Source of the DNA: an uncultured Methanoregulaceae archaeon
GTDB lineage: Archaea > Halobacteriota > Methanomicrobia > Methanomicrobiales > Methanospirillaceae
Assembly: GCA_963717525.1 (NCBI GenBank)
Contig: OY970343.1
Span: forward strand, 2,144,001 to 2,208,000
Length of the DNA: 64,000 bases
Direction: 5' to 3'
Made by a program: the position numbers and the translations under genes. Under the pieces are notes generated by a model. That model ran no database searches and was not told where the DNA came from. It saw nothing but the letters and a program-made list of their open reading frames with translations. The number at the start of each line of letters is the position of its first letter. Within the stretch, counting starts at the first letter, position 1. Shown here one piece after another: positions 10,334 to 20,296 of the stretch.

Positions 10334-11982
10334 TGCAGGCCGGAATACAACGGCTATCATCCTTGACGGGTACGTGGACGAACCCGCATGCCTCGGTGTC
10401 CCGCCGTACATCTCGCCGTATATCCGGACAGTCGCCGGAATGCTTATCACTCATGGCTTTACCGTCCGGTACTTCACTATTGACCAGCTCAGGAACGATC
10501 CGCAGCTGCCTGCAGTGATGGACCGGGCCGGCCTTCTCGTGGCAATTGCGGGTGTGACAGTCCCGGGAAAATACCTTGGCGGAACTCCTGCCACCTTAAC
10601 TGAGCTCCGGCAGGTGGGCCATATGGTGAGGGGCCCAAAGAAACTGATCGGCGGCCCCATTGGCTTTGGGTATGCCGGGGAGGGCGGGAAAAAGGCCATC
10701 CGCGAGCAGGTCACCGGGTTTGACGCGCTGCTCACCGGCGATCCGGCCGTGGCACTCGACCGGTACCTGGGCGGGGGAGAGCCTGCCGGGGTCTTCGATT
10801 ACACCCAGACCGACCCGTGGAGTGTTGCGGGGGCCGGTATCATCACGCAGCACCCGGACTTCCCGTACGTGATGTGTGAACTAGAGACCGCCCGGGGCTG
10901 CTCCCACGGGGCAACGGGCGGCTGCTCGTTCTGCACCGAGCCCTTTTACGGCCGGCCCCGGTACCGGTCCGTGGCCGGGGTCGTTTCTGAGGTTGCCGCT
11001 CTTGCTGCACACGGTGCCCGGCACTTCCGGGTGGGCCGGCAGCCGGACATCCTGGCCTATGGGGCAGGGGAGGGCGAGTACCCGGCACCCGGCCGGATCT
11101 TCTCGAAGCACTCTTCTCCGGGATCCGTGCAGCTGCGCCGGATCTCAGGACGCTCCACATCGACAACACGAACCCGGCCACCATTGCCCGGCACGAGGAG
11201 AAGAGCCGGGAGGTGCTTGCTGCGATCATCCGGCACCACACGCCCGGGGACGTCGCCGCGTTCGGGATGGAGACCGCCGATCCGGCCGTTATCGCGGCAA
11301 ACAACCTTAAGGCACAGCCGGATGAGGTTTTCCGGGCCATTGAGATTGTCAACGAAGCCGGGGGCATGCGCGGGGAGGGATCCCAGAACTGCTGCCCGGC
11401 CTCAACTTCGTCTGCGGGCTTGCCGGAGAGACACCAGCGACCTACGACAAAAACGAACAGTTTCTCTCCCGCGTCCTTGCAGCCGGCCTCATGGTCCGGC
11501 GCGTCAACATCCGGCAGGTAATGCCCTTTGAGGGAACACCGGCGTACACCAATAACACGCTCGGGAAACACGACCGGCGTTTCCGGGCCTTCAAGGAGTT
11601 TGTCAGGAATAAGATCGATCTTCCGATGCTCCAGCAGGTCTTTCCCATCGGTCCTATCCTCCGCGACGTACGGATTGAGGTCTCCGGTGAAATCTCGTTC
11701 GGCCGGCAACCGGGCTCGTACCCGATCCTCGCCGGAATCCCGGTGAACTTCCCCGTCCGGTCTGTGGTCGATGTAGTCGTCGTGGACTGGGGTATGCGTT
11801 CGATTACCGCCCTTCCCCTCCCGCTTAACGTCAACACCCTGCCGGCGCCCGCCCTCCGCTGGATGCCCGGCGTCGGGAAGAAGCGGGTAGTGGCAGTGCT
11901 GGCAAAGCGCCCGTTTGCAAACGTTGCAGCGTTTGTGAAGGTCGCGGGGAGCTCGCCGCTTGACCCGATGCTTGAGTGCTGA
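10323..11982 (+). CDS. Radical SAM protein with C-terminal helix-hairpin-helix (COG1031-like); two apparent frameshifts
   Basis: DGYVDEPACLGVPPYISPY and ETARGCSHGATGGCSFC. Reading continues across frames (~11090 and ~11380) into LHIDNTNP...FGMETAD...GLNFVCGLAGET...VRRVNIRQV...MPGVGKKR. Confidence 0.82.
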
Positions 11983-12029
11983 ATATTTTAGTATAGGGGA
12001 AACACCCCGTATTTTTCCTCGACGCTCTT

Positions 12030-12295
12030 GGGGGCTTCGGCATTTCAAGCCTCCGCCCCCGCCGCTTGGGCATCCCCCATTAGCGATAGTGCTGTATTAC
12101 CTGTTCCGGTGCCATCGCACTGCGGCCAATCTGCACCGGGGGACTGAGGTGCGCACAAAGGAAGGTAATGATACCCTCCTTAATCTCCCGAGGTCAGCGG
12201 GAAAGGTGCAGGAAAATATCCATGGGGGTCAAGGCGATGCGCCCCTTGGTTTGCCTCCCCCGTTGGGGGGGAGCGGGGGTCACCCTCACATAGCG
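12030..12295. repeat. Intergenic GC-rich palindromic cassette between convergent genes
   Basis: Hairpins GGCTT-cggcatttc-AAGCC, CAAGG...CCTTG and CTCCCCC-gtt-GGGGGGAG. Ends with GGGGGTCACCCTCA, similar to GGGTGACCCTCA at ~746-757. Confidence 0.45.
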
Positions 12296-12350
12296 GCGAA
12301 TGTCAGGAATACCGGGGCAGGGATGTCTCCCGATCCCCCGGGGCCGTTTT

Positions 12351-13484
12351 TTAGATCTTCCGTAATTCGGTCACTTTCAGGATATCGGTGCGGGTTACGA
12401 TACCGACAATACGATCTTCCTGCACAATGGGGATCCGGCCGATGTTTCGTGTGGACATAATCCTGAGAGCGTCCATCACCGGTGCCGTGGGCGGAAGGAC
12501 GATCACGTCCCGGGTCATGACATCCTTGACCTGCATCGCCTCGCGGTCGATTGACGAAGTGCGGTTCACGTCCGCGAGCGTTATCATACCCACGAGCGTG
12601 TCGCGTTCGATCACGGGAAAACCGAGGTGCTTGCTCGAGTACATCATCTCGATCACTTTTGAAAGCGGCAGGTTTGCAGGCACTGTGGCCACGGGAGCGC
12701 TCATCATGTTGCCCACGGTCACGTCCCGCAACAGGACGTTGTACTGGACGGCTGTTGACTCCATGCTTGCCCCGATGTAGACAAAAAGGGCGATCAGGAT
12801 CAAAAACGGCGAGAAGAAGTAAAGACCGACGATCCCAAAGATAACTGCGAATGCCTTGCCGACGTTTGCCGCGATCCGGGTCGCACGGTCGAGCGGCATC
12901 CGGGCTGCAAGCACCGCCCGGAGTACCCGGCCGCCGTCCATGGGAAATGCGGGGATCAGGTTGAAGGCAAAGAGGATGATGTTGAGCACGCCGAGGTACC
13001 CGAAGATGAATATAAGTACACCCTGCAGTGCCGGGTCCGGGGTCATTCCCGGGGTGATGTACACGAGGCCGCAGCAGACAAGGCCGAAGATGAGGCTCGT
13101 AATCGGCCCGGCAAGCGCCATGGGCAGTTCCGTCCGTGGTTCCGGTGTCCCTTCGTCCATCTGGGCGACACCGCCGAACATCAGGAGCGTGATGCTCTGC
13201 ATCTTTATGCCTTTTGACCGGGCCACGAGCGAATGGGCGAGCTCGTGGACGAGCACCCCGAAGAAGAGGCCAAGCGCGACCACCGTTCCAAGGATCCAGG
13301 GCATGTAGCCCCCGATGATGATGGTTGTGTCGATCCCGATGCCAAAGATCTCCCGGAGCATGTCGGTCGTGGCATCGATCTGGCTGCCGATGATATACGC
13401 GAACAGCGGGATAATCAGCAAAAACGTCCAGTGGAGCAGGATCGGGATCCCAAAAAGCCGCCCGATCCGAAGAGATCCATCCAT
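12351..13484 (-). CDS. Site-2 protease (peptidase M50) with CBS pair
   Basis: HELAH zinc motif, AGP, FNLIPAFPMDGGR and two C-terminal CBS domains. Confidence 0.95.
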   Translation of the reverse strand: MDGSLRIGRLFGIPILLHWTFLLIIPLFAYIIGSQIDATTDMLREIFGIGIDTTIIIGGYMPWILGTVVALGLFFGVLVHELAHSLVARSKGIKMQSITLLMFGGVAQMDEGTPEPRTELPMALAGPITSLIFGLVCCGLVYITPGMTPDPALQGVLIFIFGYLGVLNIILFAFNLIPAFPMDGGRVLRAVLAARMPLDRATRIAANVGKAFAVIFGIVGLYFFSPFLILIALFVYIGASMESTAVQYNVLLRDVTVGNMMSAPVATVPANLPLSKVIEMMYSSKHLGFPVIERDTLVGMITLADVNRTSSIDREAMQVKDVMTRDVIVLPPTAPVMDALRIMSTRNIGRIPIVQEDRIVGIVTRTDILKVTELRKI

Positions 13485-13537
13485 AAAGTATGGATTATCT
13501 TTTTAACCCATATGGTATATACTTTCATCTGATAACG

Positions 13538-13807
13538 ATGGAAACCCAGATTACGGATTTATTCGGGCTTGCGATTTACACGGATAAGGGCATGTACATC
13601 GGCGAGGTCGACGATGTTGTCATTGACGTGGATTCAAAGAAGATCGAGTCGCTTGTCGTGGGCAAGGTAAACGACCAGCTCTTCGAGCTCAAAAACTACA
13701 AGGGTCTCAAGATCCCCTACCGGATCATCAGCGCTATTGACGACATTGTGCTCATCCGCCACCTGCCGGGCGCTTTTGCCGGGTCCGGCACGATCGAGGA
13801 AGAATAA
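13538..13807 (+). CDS. PRC-barrel domain protein
   Basis: LFGLAIYTDKGMYIGEVDDVVID...IPYRIISAIDDIVLI. Confidence 0.9.
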   Translation: METQITDLFGLAIYTDKGMYIGEVDDVVIDVDSKKIESLVVGKVNDQLFELKNYKGLKIPYRIISAIDDIVLIRHLPGAFAGSGTIEEE

Positions 13808-13898
13808 AGCGCATTTTTTATTAATCTGGTGCGATCACACGGGTGGTGCGGGGGCCCCCACCGTTTTATTTTCTCTCCTGCAAAAATGAAGGCATTCC

Positions 13899-14630
13899 AT
13901 GGAAAATTATGAGATCTTCGCGAACCTCGCCACGATCCCCCCAATCTTTGTCCGTCTCGACGGCAGGGCGTTCCACGGGCTGACGAAGAAGTTCGGGTTT
14001 GCAAAGCCGTTTGACGACCGGTTCTGCGAAGCGATGGTGAATGCCTGCATGGCGCTTGTGGCCGACAGTGGCCTTGCGCCGGTTTTCGCGTACACCTTCT
14101 CGGACGAGATCAGCCTGTACCTTACCGGGCTGCCGTTCTCGGGCCGGGTGGAGAAGATCGACTCGGTGGCCGCCTCGTACGCGGCAAGTATCCTTACAAT
14201 CGCTCTCGATGCTGATGAGCCGCTCGCTTTCGATGCACGGATAGTGCAGGCTACACCGGCGTTCGCGATCGGGTACATGACCGGCCGGCAGGACGAGGCG
14301 TGGCGCAACCATTTAAATGCCTACTGCCAGCAAGCGCTCATCGTAGAAGGGATGGATGCGACCGACGCAGCCAGACAGCTTAAGGGGATGCCGGCGCAGG
14401 AGCTCCACGAGATGATGCATAAGCGGGGCGTCAACCTTGCAAAGACGCCGGCCTGGCAGCGCCGGGGGATCCTGGTCTGCAAAAAAGAAGTCGAGAAAGA
14501 GGGTTACAACCCGGTTACAGATGAGCACGTCACGGTGACACGGAGCATGGTTGCAGAAGACCGGGACCTGCCGCTCTTTTCGACACCGGAAGGGCAAGCA
14601 TTTCTCCGGAAGCTGATCTGCGGCGGATAA
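13899..14630 (+). CDS. thg1: tRNA(His) guanylyltransferase / Thg1-like protein
   Basis: VRLDGRAFH, YTFSDEISL, GRVEKIDS, FDAR, RQDEAWRN and PAWQRRG motifs. Confidence 0.93.
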   Translation: MENYEIFANLATIPPIFVRLDGRAFHGLTKKFGFAKPFDDRFCEAMVNACMALVADSGLAPVFAYTFSDEISLYLTGLPFSGRVEKIDSVAASYAASILTIALDADEPLAFDARIVQATPAFAIGYMTGRQDEAWRNHLNAYCQQALIVEGMDATDAARQLKGMPAQELHEMMHKRGVNLAKTPAWQRRGILVCKKEVEKEGYNPVTDEHVTVTRSMVAEDRDLPLFSTPEGQAFLRKLICGG

Positions 14631-14760
14631 GTACCTTTTTCAGCGACTTCTTATCCCGGGTCTCCGCGTGCATCACAACATACGCCCGGAAATATAAGGT
14701 ATCAGCCACGTTTCTCACTACTAACCCTGGTTATAAAGGGAAAAAAATTTAGCAGGCAGT

Positions 14761-17700
14761 TCATGCCGCCTTCGAGATCCCGATCGTCATCGCTACGCCC
14801 TCGACATCCCAGTCTTTTGAAAGCTGGTGCGATGGCACCCGGCATTCCCCGGCAAGGTGGAGCGACAGATCCTTTGCCCTGACCTCGTCAGCGATCCCCG
14901 GCTTCCAGCTGGTACCAACAAGCCCGCAGATACGCTGGTCGGCGATGGCAACATCGGCCGAAATAAAATCCTCGACTGCAAGATCGAGCTGCCGGCGCAT
15001 CTCCTGGATACGGCGGATCACTTCCCGGGCATAGCCCTCCGCTTCGAGATCCGGCGTGAGCGCCACGTCCACGTACACGGTTGCGTCTTCCATGGGGGCC
15101 GAGAAGATATCGGACGGGAGTTTCTCCGTAAACGTCACGTGCTCCGCACCGACCTCAAACGTCGCACTGCCACCAGTCAATGTGAAGGTCCGCCCGGCAT
15201 CCACCGCCACCTTGATCGCGTTCCCATCCGCAGCCTCGATGAGCCCCTTAACCGTAAAGGAATTTTTGCCAAACCCTTTCCCGAGTGCCTTCATCACCGG
15301 CTCTGCGTGCCAGCCGATCCGGTCCCACCGGCCCATCACGACCGTGACCCTGCGGGCATTGGCCCGGTCTTTGCAGACCTCGTTGAGCCGGGCGACAGCA
15401 TCCTTTACCCCGGGCTTCTCCGTTACGATGACGACCTCCTCCACCGGCCAGCGGAGTTTTCTCTTTCCCGCCTGCCGGGCGTTCTGCACTGCGTCGTCGA
15501 ACGAGCGGACGAGCTCCATTGCGTGCTCCAGTTCTGCGTTTACGAGTGAATCGTCGCAGGCCTGCCAGTCAAGCATATGCACGCTATCGGGATCGTTCCT
15601 GCACCGGATGTTCCCGTAGATCTCCTCGGTGATATGGGGGCAGAAGGGAGCCATGAGGCCCATGAGCCGGCGCATCACGTAATAGATCGTCTCGTACGCG
15701 AAGAGTTTCTCCTGCGATTCGCCTTCGAGCCACATCCGGGGCCTGACCAGCTGGACGTACCAGCGCGAGAGGTCTTCGAGTATGAAGTTGTTCAGTTCGC
15801 GGGTCGCCCGGTGGAGTTGGCACTCCTTTGTCGCCGAGTCCACGACACCGGCGATCGAATTTATCCGGGAGATGATCCAGCGGTCTTCGTCCGGGAGCTG
15901 CCGGAGGTGGGCAGAGATGAACGCTTCATCCCAGATCCCGTCCTTTGACTGCGGCTCGAACCGGTCGAGGATCATGTACGGGACCGGGAACCGGTACACG
16001 TTCCAGAGGATGTTTACCGCACGGTTGACGGTCGCAACGCCGTCCCAGTTGAACTTCAGATCGTCCCACGGTGCCGAGGAAGAGAGCACGTAGAAACGGA
16101 GCACGTCCACGCCGACTTTTGCGATCACTTCCTCAGGCGTCACCACGTTCCCGAGGCTCTTTGACATCTTCTTTCCCTCGGCATCGAGCGCAAAGCCGTG
16201 CATGCAGACGCTTTTGTACGGCGCCTTCCCGAACGCGATCGTGCTTGCGCCGAGCTGTGAGTAGAACCAGCCCCGGGTCTGGTCCTGCCCCTCGGTGATA
16301 AAGTCTGCAGGCCAGAGTTTTTCGAAGTCAGCTGTCTCTTTTGGGAAGCCGAGCGTAGCCCATGACGCGACCGCAGAATCGAACCAGACATCGAAGATGT
16401 CCTCGACCCGGTGCATCGTGCCGCCGCACGTGCACGGGATCGTCACCTTGTCCACGAACGGGCGGTGGGGGTCGGAGACCGCCTTTCCACTGGCCTTCTC
16501 AAGCTCCGCGATGGTGCCAATCACCCGGTAGTTGTCGCATTTCCTGCAGACCCAGACCGGGATCGGGATGCCCCAGTACCGCTGCCGGGATATGCACCAG
16601 TCCCGGGCCTCCTTGATCCAGTCGTAGAACCGGGCGCTTCCTGCCCACTCTGGATACCATGTGACTTTTTCAACCTCGGAAAGCATGAGGTCCCGGATCT
16701 CCGACGCCTTCAGGAACCACTGCGAGGTCGCCCGGAAGATGATCGGTGTCTTGCAGCGCCAGCAGTGGCCGTACCTGTGGACGATCTTCTCGGTCGCAAT
16801 CAGGTGGCTGCCCAGGGCATCGAGCACGTCCTGGTTTGAGTCCCGGACCCCTTTCCCGGCAAATGCGCCGGCCTCGGGCCGGAACCTCCCGGCACCGTCG
16901 ACCGGGCAGACAATGGCGAGATTCTCCTTTGTCCCAAGTACGTAATCGTCCCACCCGTGGCCCGGGGCGATATGCACCATACCGGTGTTCTCCAGTGCCA
17001 CAAAGTCTGCGGCCACGACCCGGTGCGCAATCTCGCGCTGGAGCGGCACATATTCAAGAAGTGGCGAATCGTACTCCCAGCCGACAAGCTCGGCACCCTT
17101 CCTTGTTTCCAGCGCTTCGAACTTCTGGTACCGTCCTTTCTTGAGCACCGATTTTATAAGTGGCTCTGCCATCCAGAGGTGTTCCGTGCGGCCATCTTTT
17201 TCTGCACGAACCTTTGCATAGACGAAATCCTTTGATACCGCGACCGCGACGTTCGCCGGCAGCGTCCATGGTGTTGTTGTCCAGATCACCAGGTACTCGC
17301 CTGTTTTACCCTTGATAGGGAACTTGACAAAGACCGAAGGGTCGGTCTCATCCCAGTACTCTACTTCGGCGTCCGCGATCGCCGTCTCGCACCGGGGGCA
17401 CCAGTTCACGACCCGGTGCCCGCGTTCCAGCATCCCTTTCTCTTCGGCCCGGGCAAGGGTCCACCATGCCGCTTCCACGTATCCCGGGGTGATCGTCTGG
17501 TACGCACCCGGGAAGTCCAGCCATATCCCCAGGCTCTCAAACTGGGTGTCCATCAGGTTTTTGTTCTTTATCGCGAATTCCCGGCATTTATCGATGAACT
17601 CCTGTATCCCGAACGTCTCGATATCCTTTTTCGAGGCAAAGCCAAGCGTCTGCTCAACCTTGACCTCGATAGGAAGGCCATGCATATCGTAGCCCGCACG

Positions 17701-17940
17701 GTCGATCACATTCTGCCCGTTCATCCGGTGGTACCGGAGGAGCGAATCCTTGATGATCTTGTTCCACGCGGTGCCGAGATGAATCTGCCCCGTGGTGTAG
17801 GGCGGGCCATCGACAAAAAAGAAGGCCTTCCCGGCACTGCGGAGATTCTTCACTGCTTTGTAGGTTCCCCGGGTGCGCCAGGAGTCCTGCACCCTGCGCT
17901 CGATATCCTTTGCATTGAAGTTCGCGGTGACTTCCTTCAC
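14761..17940 (-). CDS. ileS: Isoleucine--tRNA ligase
   Basis: DGPPY, HLGT (HIGH-like), GYDMHGLP, WTTTPWTLP, DWCISRQRYWG, EGQDQTRGWF and KMSKS; GTG start. Confidence 0.97.
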   Translation of the reverse strand: MKEVTANFNAKDIERRVQDSWRTRGTYKAVKNLRSAGKAFFFVDGPPYTTGQIHLGTAWNKIIKDSLLRYHRMNGQNVIDRAGYDMHGLPIEVKVEQTLGFASKKDIETFGIQEFIDKCREFAIKNKNLMDTQFESLGIWLDFPGAYQTITPGYVEAAWWTLARAEEKGMLERGHRVVNWCPRCETAIADAEVEYWDETDPSVFVKFPIKGKTGEYLVIWTTTPWTLPANVAVAVSKDFVYAKVRAEKDGRTEHLWMAEPLIKSVLKKGRYQKFEALETRKGAELVGWEYDSPLLEYVPLQREIAHRVVAADFVALENTGMVHIAPGHGWDDYVLGTKENLAIVCPVDGAGRFRPEAGAFAGKGVRDSNQDVLDALGSHLIATEKIVHRYGHCWRCKTPIIFRATSQWFLKASEIRDLMLSEVEKVTWYPEWAGSARFYDWIKEARDWCISRQRYWGIPIPVWVCRKCDNYRVIGTIAELEKASGKAVSDPHRPFVDKVTIPCTCGGTMHRVEDIFDVWFDSAVASWATLGFPKETADFEKLWPADFITEGQDQTRGWFYSQLGASTIAFGKAPYKSVCMHGFALDAEGKKMSKSLGNVVTPEEVIAKVGVDVLRFYVLSSSAPWDDLKFNWDGVATVNRAVNILWNVYRFPVPYMILDRFEPQSKDGIWDEAFISAHLRQLPDEDRWIISRINSIAGVVDSATKECQLHRATRELNNFILEDLSRWYVQLVRPRMWLEGESQEKLFAYETIYYVMRRLMGLMAPFCPHITEEIYGNIRCRNDPDSVHMLDWQACDDSLVNAELEHAMELVRSFDDAVQNARQAGKRKLRWPVEEVVIVTEKPGVKDAVARLNEVCKDRANARRVTVVMGRWDRIGWHAEPVMKALGKGFGKNSFTVKGLIEAADGNAIKVAVDAGRTFTLTGGSATFEVGAEHVTFTEKLPSDIFSAPMEDATVYVDVALTPDLEAEGYAREVIRRIQEMRRQLDLAVEDFISADVAIADQRICGLVGTSWKPGIADEVRAKDLSLHLAGECRVPSHQLSKDWDVEGVAMTIGISKAA

Positions 17941-18117
17941 AAAATCCCTCTGTTACGATGGCGGGATGCCCAAACGTATCGATGAATGTTGGTGCTTTAT
18001 GACAAAGTAGTTTTCTTGTACCGGCCGGTCCTGTTACGGGGCGGCATCCGGTGTGTATCACGGACACTGCCTTGAACTCCCCGGGTACGGTGGAAAAAAA
18101 GGAGCTGGTGTGCCTCG

Positions 18118-19842
18118 TCACTCGAAGATCAGGATGTCCGGGGCAAACATCTTCATCAGGTTTTCAATATAGGTATACGCTTTCTTGTGATCGATGTACA
18201 TCCGGACGCTGGTGCCGTCAGTTTTTCGTATCTCAAGATACCCGGAAAGGAGGACGGGTTTTTTAAGGGTAATTTTTGCGAGATCTTTTCTCTCTGACTC
18301 AAAGATCCGGCTGTTTTCGAGTTCGCCCAGCGTTTTCTGGCGCGTATCAGACGCCGTCCCGAAGAGCTCGTCCATGATGAAGGTGCCGAACTGGACTCCC
18401 TGCGGGGCGGAGACATCGAGGTCCGGGTTGCGGATGACAAACAGCCTGCGGGTGGTGGCATAGATCCCGTATCCCCCGACTGCCGATCCGATGGCACCGG
18501 CAATTGCACCGCCCACCCCTTCGCTTGCTATCTTGAGCGTCAGGCTCGATATCCCGCCGAGATAATCTTCTGACGCGGCCCCGCCCGTCTCATCGCGCGC
18601 CTCGCTTACGGTGATCGCTTCGATCGCCGCCATAACCTGGCCGGCCGCATTCTGGACCGGGGAGCATTTGCCCTGCAGGATCATCGGCCTGCCCCGGATG
18701 GCCACGTGCTCTTTCTCTCCGATAAACGTGTCCCCTATTTTTTTTGCAGCAGGGATGTCCCGGCCCGCAACTGTCCCCGGGGGCCGGATGATATGATCAA
18801 TAAGCATCGGCCCGGGCTTGCCATAGAACGGCACTGCATACTCCTGGCCTCCCTTGCCGATCATCTCCACCGCAGGAACACCGGTCAGCTGGGCGAGTTT
18901 CGCACTCCACGCAATGATAACCCCGGATGCGTCGATTGCAAAGACGGGGGCGTCGAGAGACTGGAGCGTGGCCATCAGGTCGTTCCATCCTTCCTGTTTT
19001 TCCTCCGGAACGCTCCCGGTATCCCCGGCTGCGGCAGAAAGTGTAGTCTCCGCTTCATCAGCCATGCTCCCGCCGATCCGGACAAGAGCGGACGTGTCCC
19101 TTCCTGCGAGCTGGTATTCCTGGATCGCTCCTGTCTGGGAGAAGAACCCGTGGTACCCCCATTCGAGGGGGACACTCCTCCCGTCCCCGGCAATGATGTG
19201 GTGCTGGAGGAGGCAGTCCGGTTTTTCAGGAGTGAGTCCCTGGATGCAGGTGAATATCTCGGAGCGCTCGCTGTCAGGGACAAAGGCAAAGAAGTTCTCC
19301 CGGACGAGCTGGCGATAGGGTTTTTTATAGAGATGAACGCAGGGTTCGTTGACAAAAGTAAACGTCCCGTCGGCCTTGATCCTGCAGATGAGCTCCGCCC
19401 CGCTGTCCACGATCGAGTTGTAGAACCTTGCCCATGCGATCAGCTGGTACTCGGCATTCTTCTGCGGGACACGGACCCTGATAAAATCGATCAGCCGTGC
19501 CACCTCGTTTGCCATGTCAGCGCCTTTCTGCAGGTAATAATCGGCCCCCGTGTTGAGGGCGTCACGTGCGATGTGCGCCAGCCTCTTTGCCGTGGCCATG
19601 ACAAAGATCGACTGGCCTCCCCGCGCCCGGATCTCCTTGAGCAGGGCGAGTCCGTCCATGTCGGGCATCGCGTAATCCGCGATAATCACGTCAAAATACT
19701 GGCGGTTGAGCACGTCCAGTGCGTCGGAAGCGGTCAGTGCGGTCGTGACAGCAAGGTCCTTTTCCTGTTCAAGCCGTGCCTTGAAAGCATCCAGAAACAA
19801 GGGTTCGTCATCTATGCAGAGGAGAGAGATGGTCTGTGGCAT
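18118..19842 (-). CDS. Response regulator with two PAS domains and an uncharacterised C-terminal domain
   Basis: Receiver LCIDDE...ADYAMP...YLQK followed by two PAS domains. No H-box or N/G-box ATPase motifs. Confidence 0.85.
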   Translation of the reverse strand: MPQTISLLCIDDEPLFLDAFKARLEQEKDLAVTTALTASDALDVLNRQYFDVIIADYAMPDMDGLALLKEIRARGGQSIFVMATAKRLAHIARDALNTGADYYLQKGADMANEVARLIDFIRVRVPQKNAEYQLIAWARFYNSIVDSGAELICRIKADGTFTFVNEPCVHLYKKPYRQLVRENFFAFVPDSERSEIFTCIQGLTPEKPDCLLQHHIIAGDGRSVPLEWGYHGFFSQTGAIQEYQLAGRDTSALVRIGGSMADEAETTLSAAAGDTGSVPEEKQEGWNDLMATLQSLDAPVFAIDASGVIIAWSAKLAQLTGVPAVEMIGKGGQEYAVPFYGKPGPMLIDHIIRPPGTVAGRDIPAAKKIGDTFIGEKEHVAIRGRPMILQGKCSPVQNAAGQVMAAIEAITVSEARDETGGAASEDYLGGISSLTLKIASEGVGGAIAGAIGSAVGGYGIYATTRRLFVIRNPDLDVSAPQGVQFGTFIMDELFGTASDTRQKTLGELENSRIFESERKDLAKITLKKPVLLSGYLEIRKTDGTSVRMYIDHKKAYTYIENLMKMFAPDILIFE

Positions 19843-19882
19843 TATAGGGCCCCCAGTGTGTATCCAGATACTCGTTGTTCAT

Positions 19883-19901
19883 ATTAAATAAATTATTTAA
19901 T
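19883..19901. promoter_or_regulatory. AT-rich palindrome (putative promoter/operator)
   Basis: ATTAAATA-aat-TATTTAAT perfect inverted repeat about 40 bp upstream of the REC-PAS gene. Confidence 0.45.
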
Positions 19902-20013
19902 TAATGTATTTTGGTTGCGAGTGGGTGCATGCCCCATCGGCACATTGTCACCTCATCAGGGCCGCGCCGCGCTCCTCCGGCGAACCGAAAGACGGGAAAA
20001 AATTGCTGTCCGG

Positions 20014-20214
20014 TTATTTGAAGCAGCCCAGCTGGCATGCCCGGATCTTGATCCCGTGCGTATTGCAGTATGCGCTGATCTCATCCATCCTGATGCGGTA
20101 TTTTTCTGCTATTTCAAATGCCTGCTCACAGGTAATCACTTTTACGATCTTCTCCCCGGCAAATGCCTTCCCAATCGTTTTTTCGTCCATAGTACCGGAG
20201 TCATGTACGCTCAT
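20014..20214 (-). CDS. Small Cys-containing conserved protein (start may be 20190)
   Basis: ITCEQAFEIA...YCNTHGIKIRACQLGCFK; I recall this C-terminal CQLGCF pattern from small proteins of anaerobes. Confidence 0.7.
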   Translation of the reverse strand: MSVHDSGTMDEKTIGKAFAGEKIVKVITCEQAFEIAEKYRIRMDEISAYCNTHGIKIRACQLGCFK

Positions 20215-20296
20215 GCGTCATAGCGTTTCTGAAACCGTTACAAAAGCCCGGAACGCTTCGCGAGGCTTTTCGTGGATCACGGCATAATGAATAACC

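Noticed and set aside
13899..14630. Possible pyrrolysine readthrough in Thg1, as in Methanosarcina acetivorans
   Set aside because: The ORF is uninterrupted, with no in-frame TAG.
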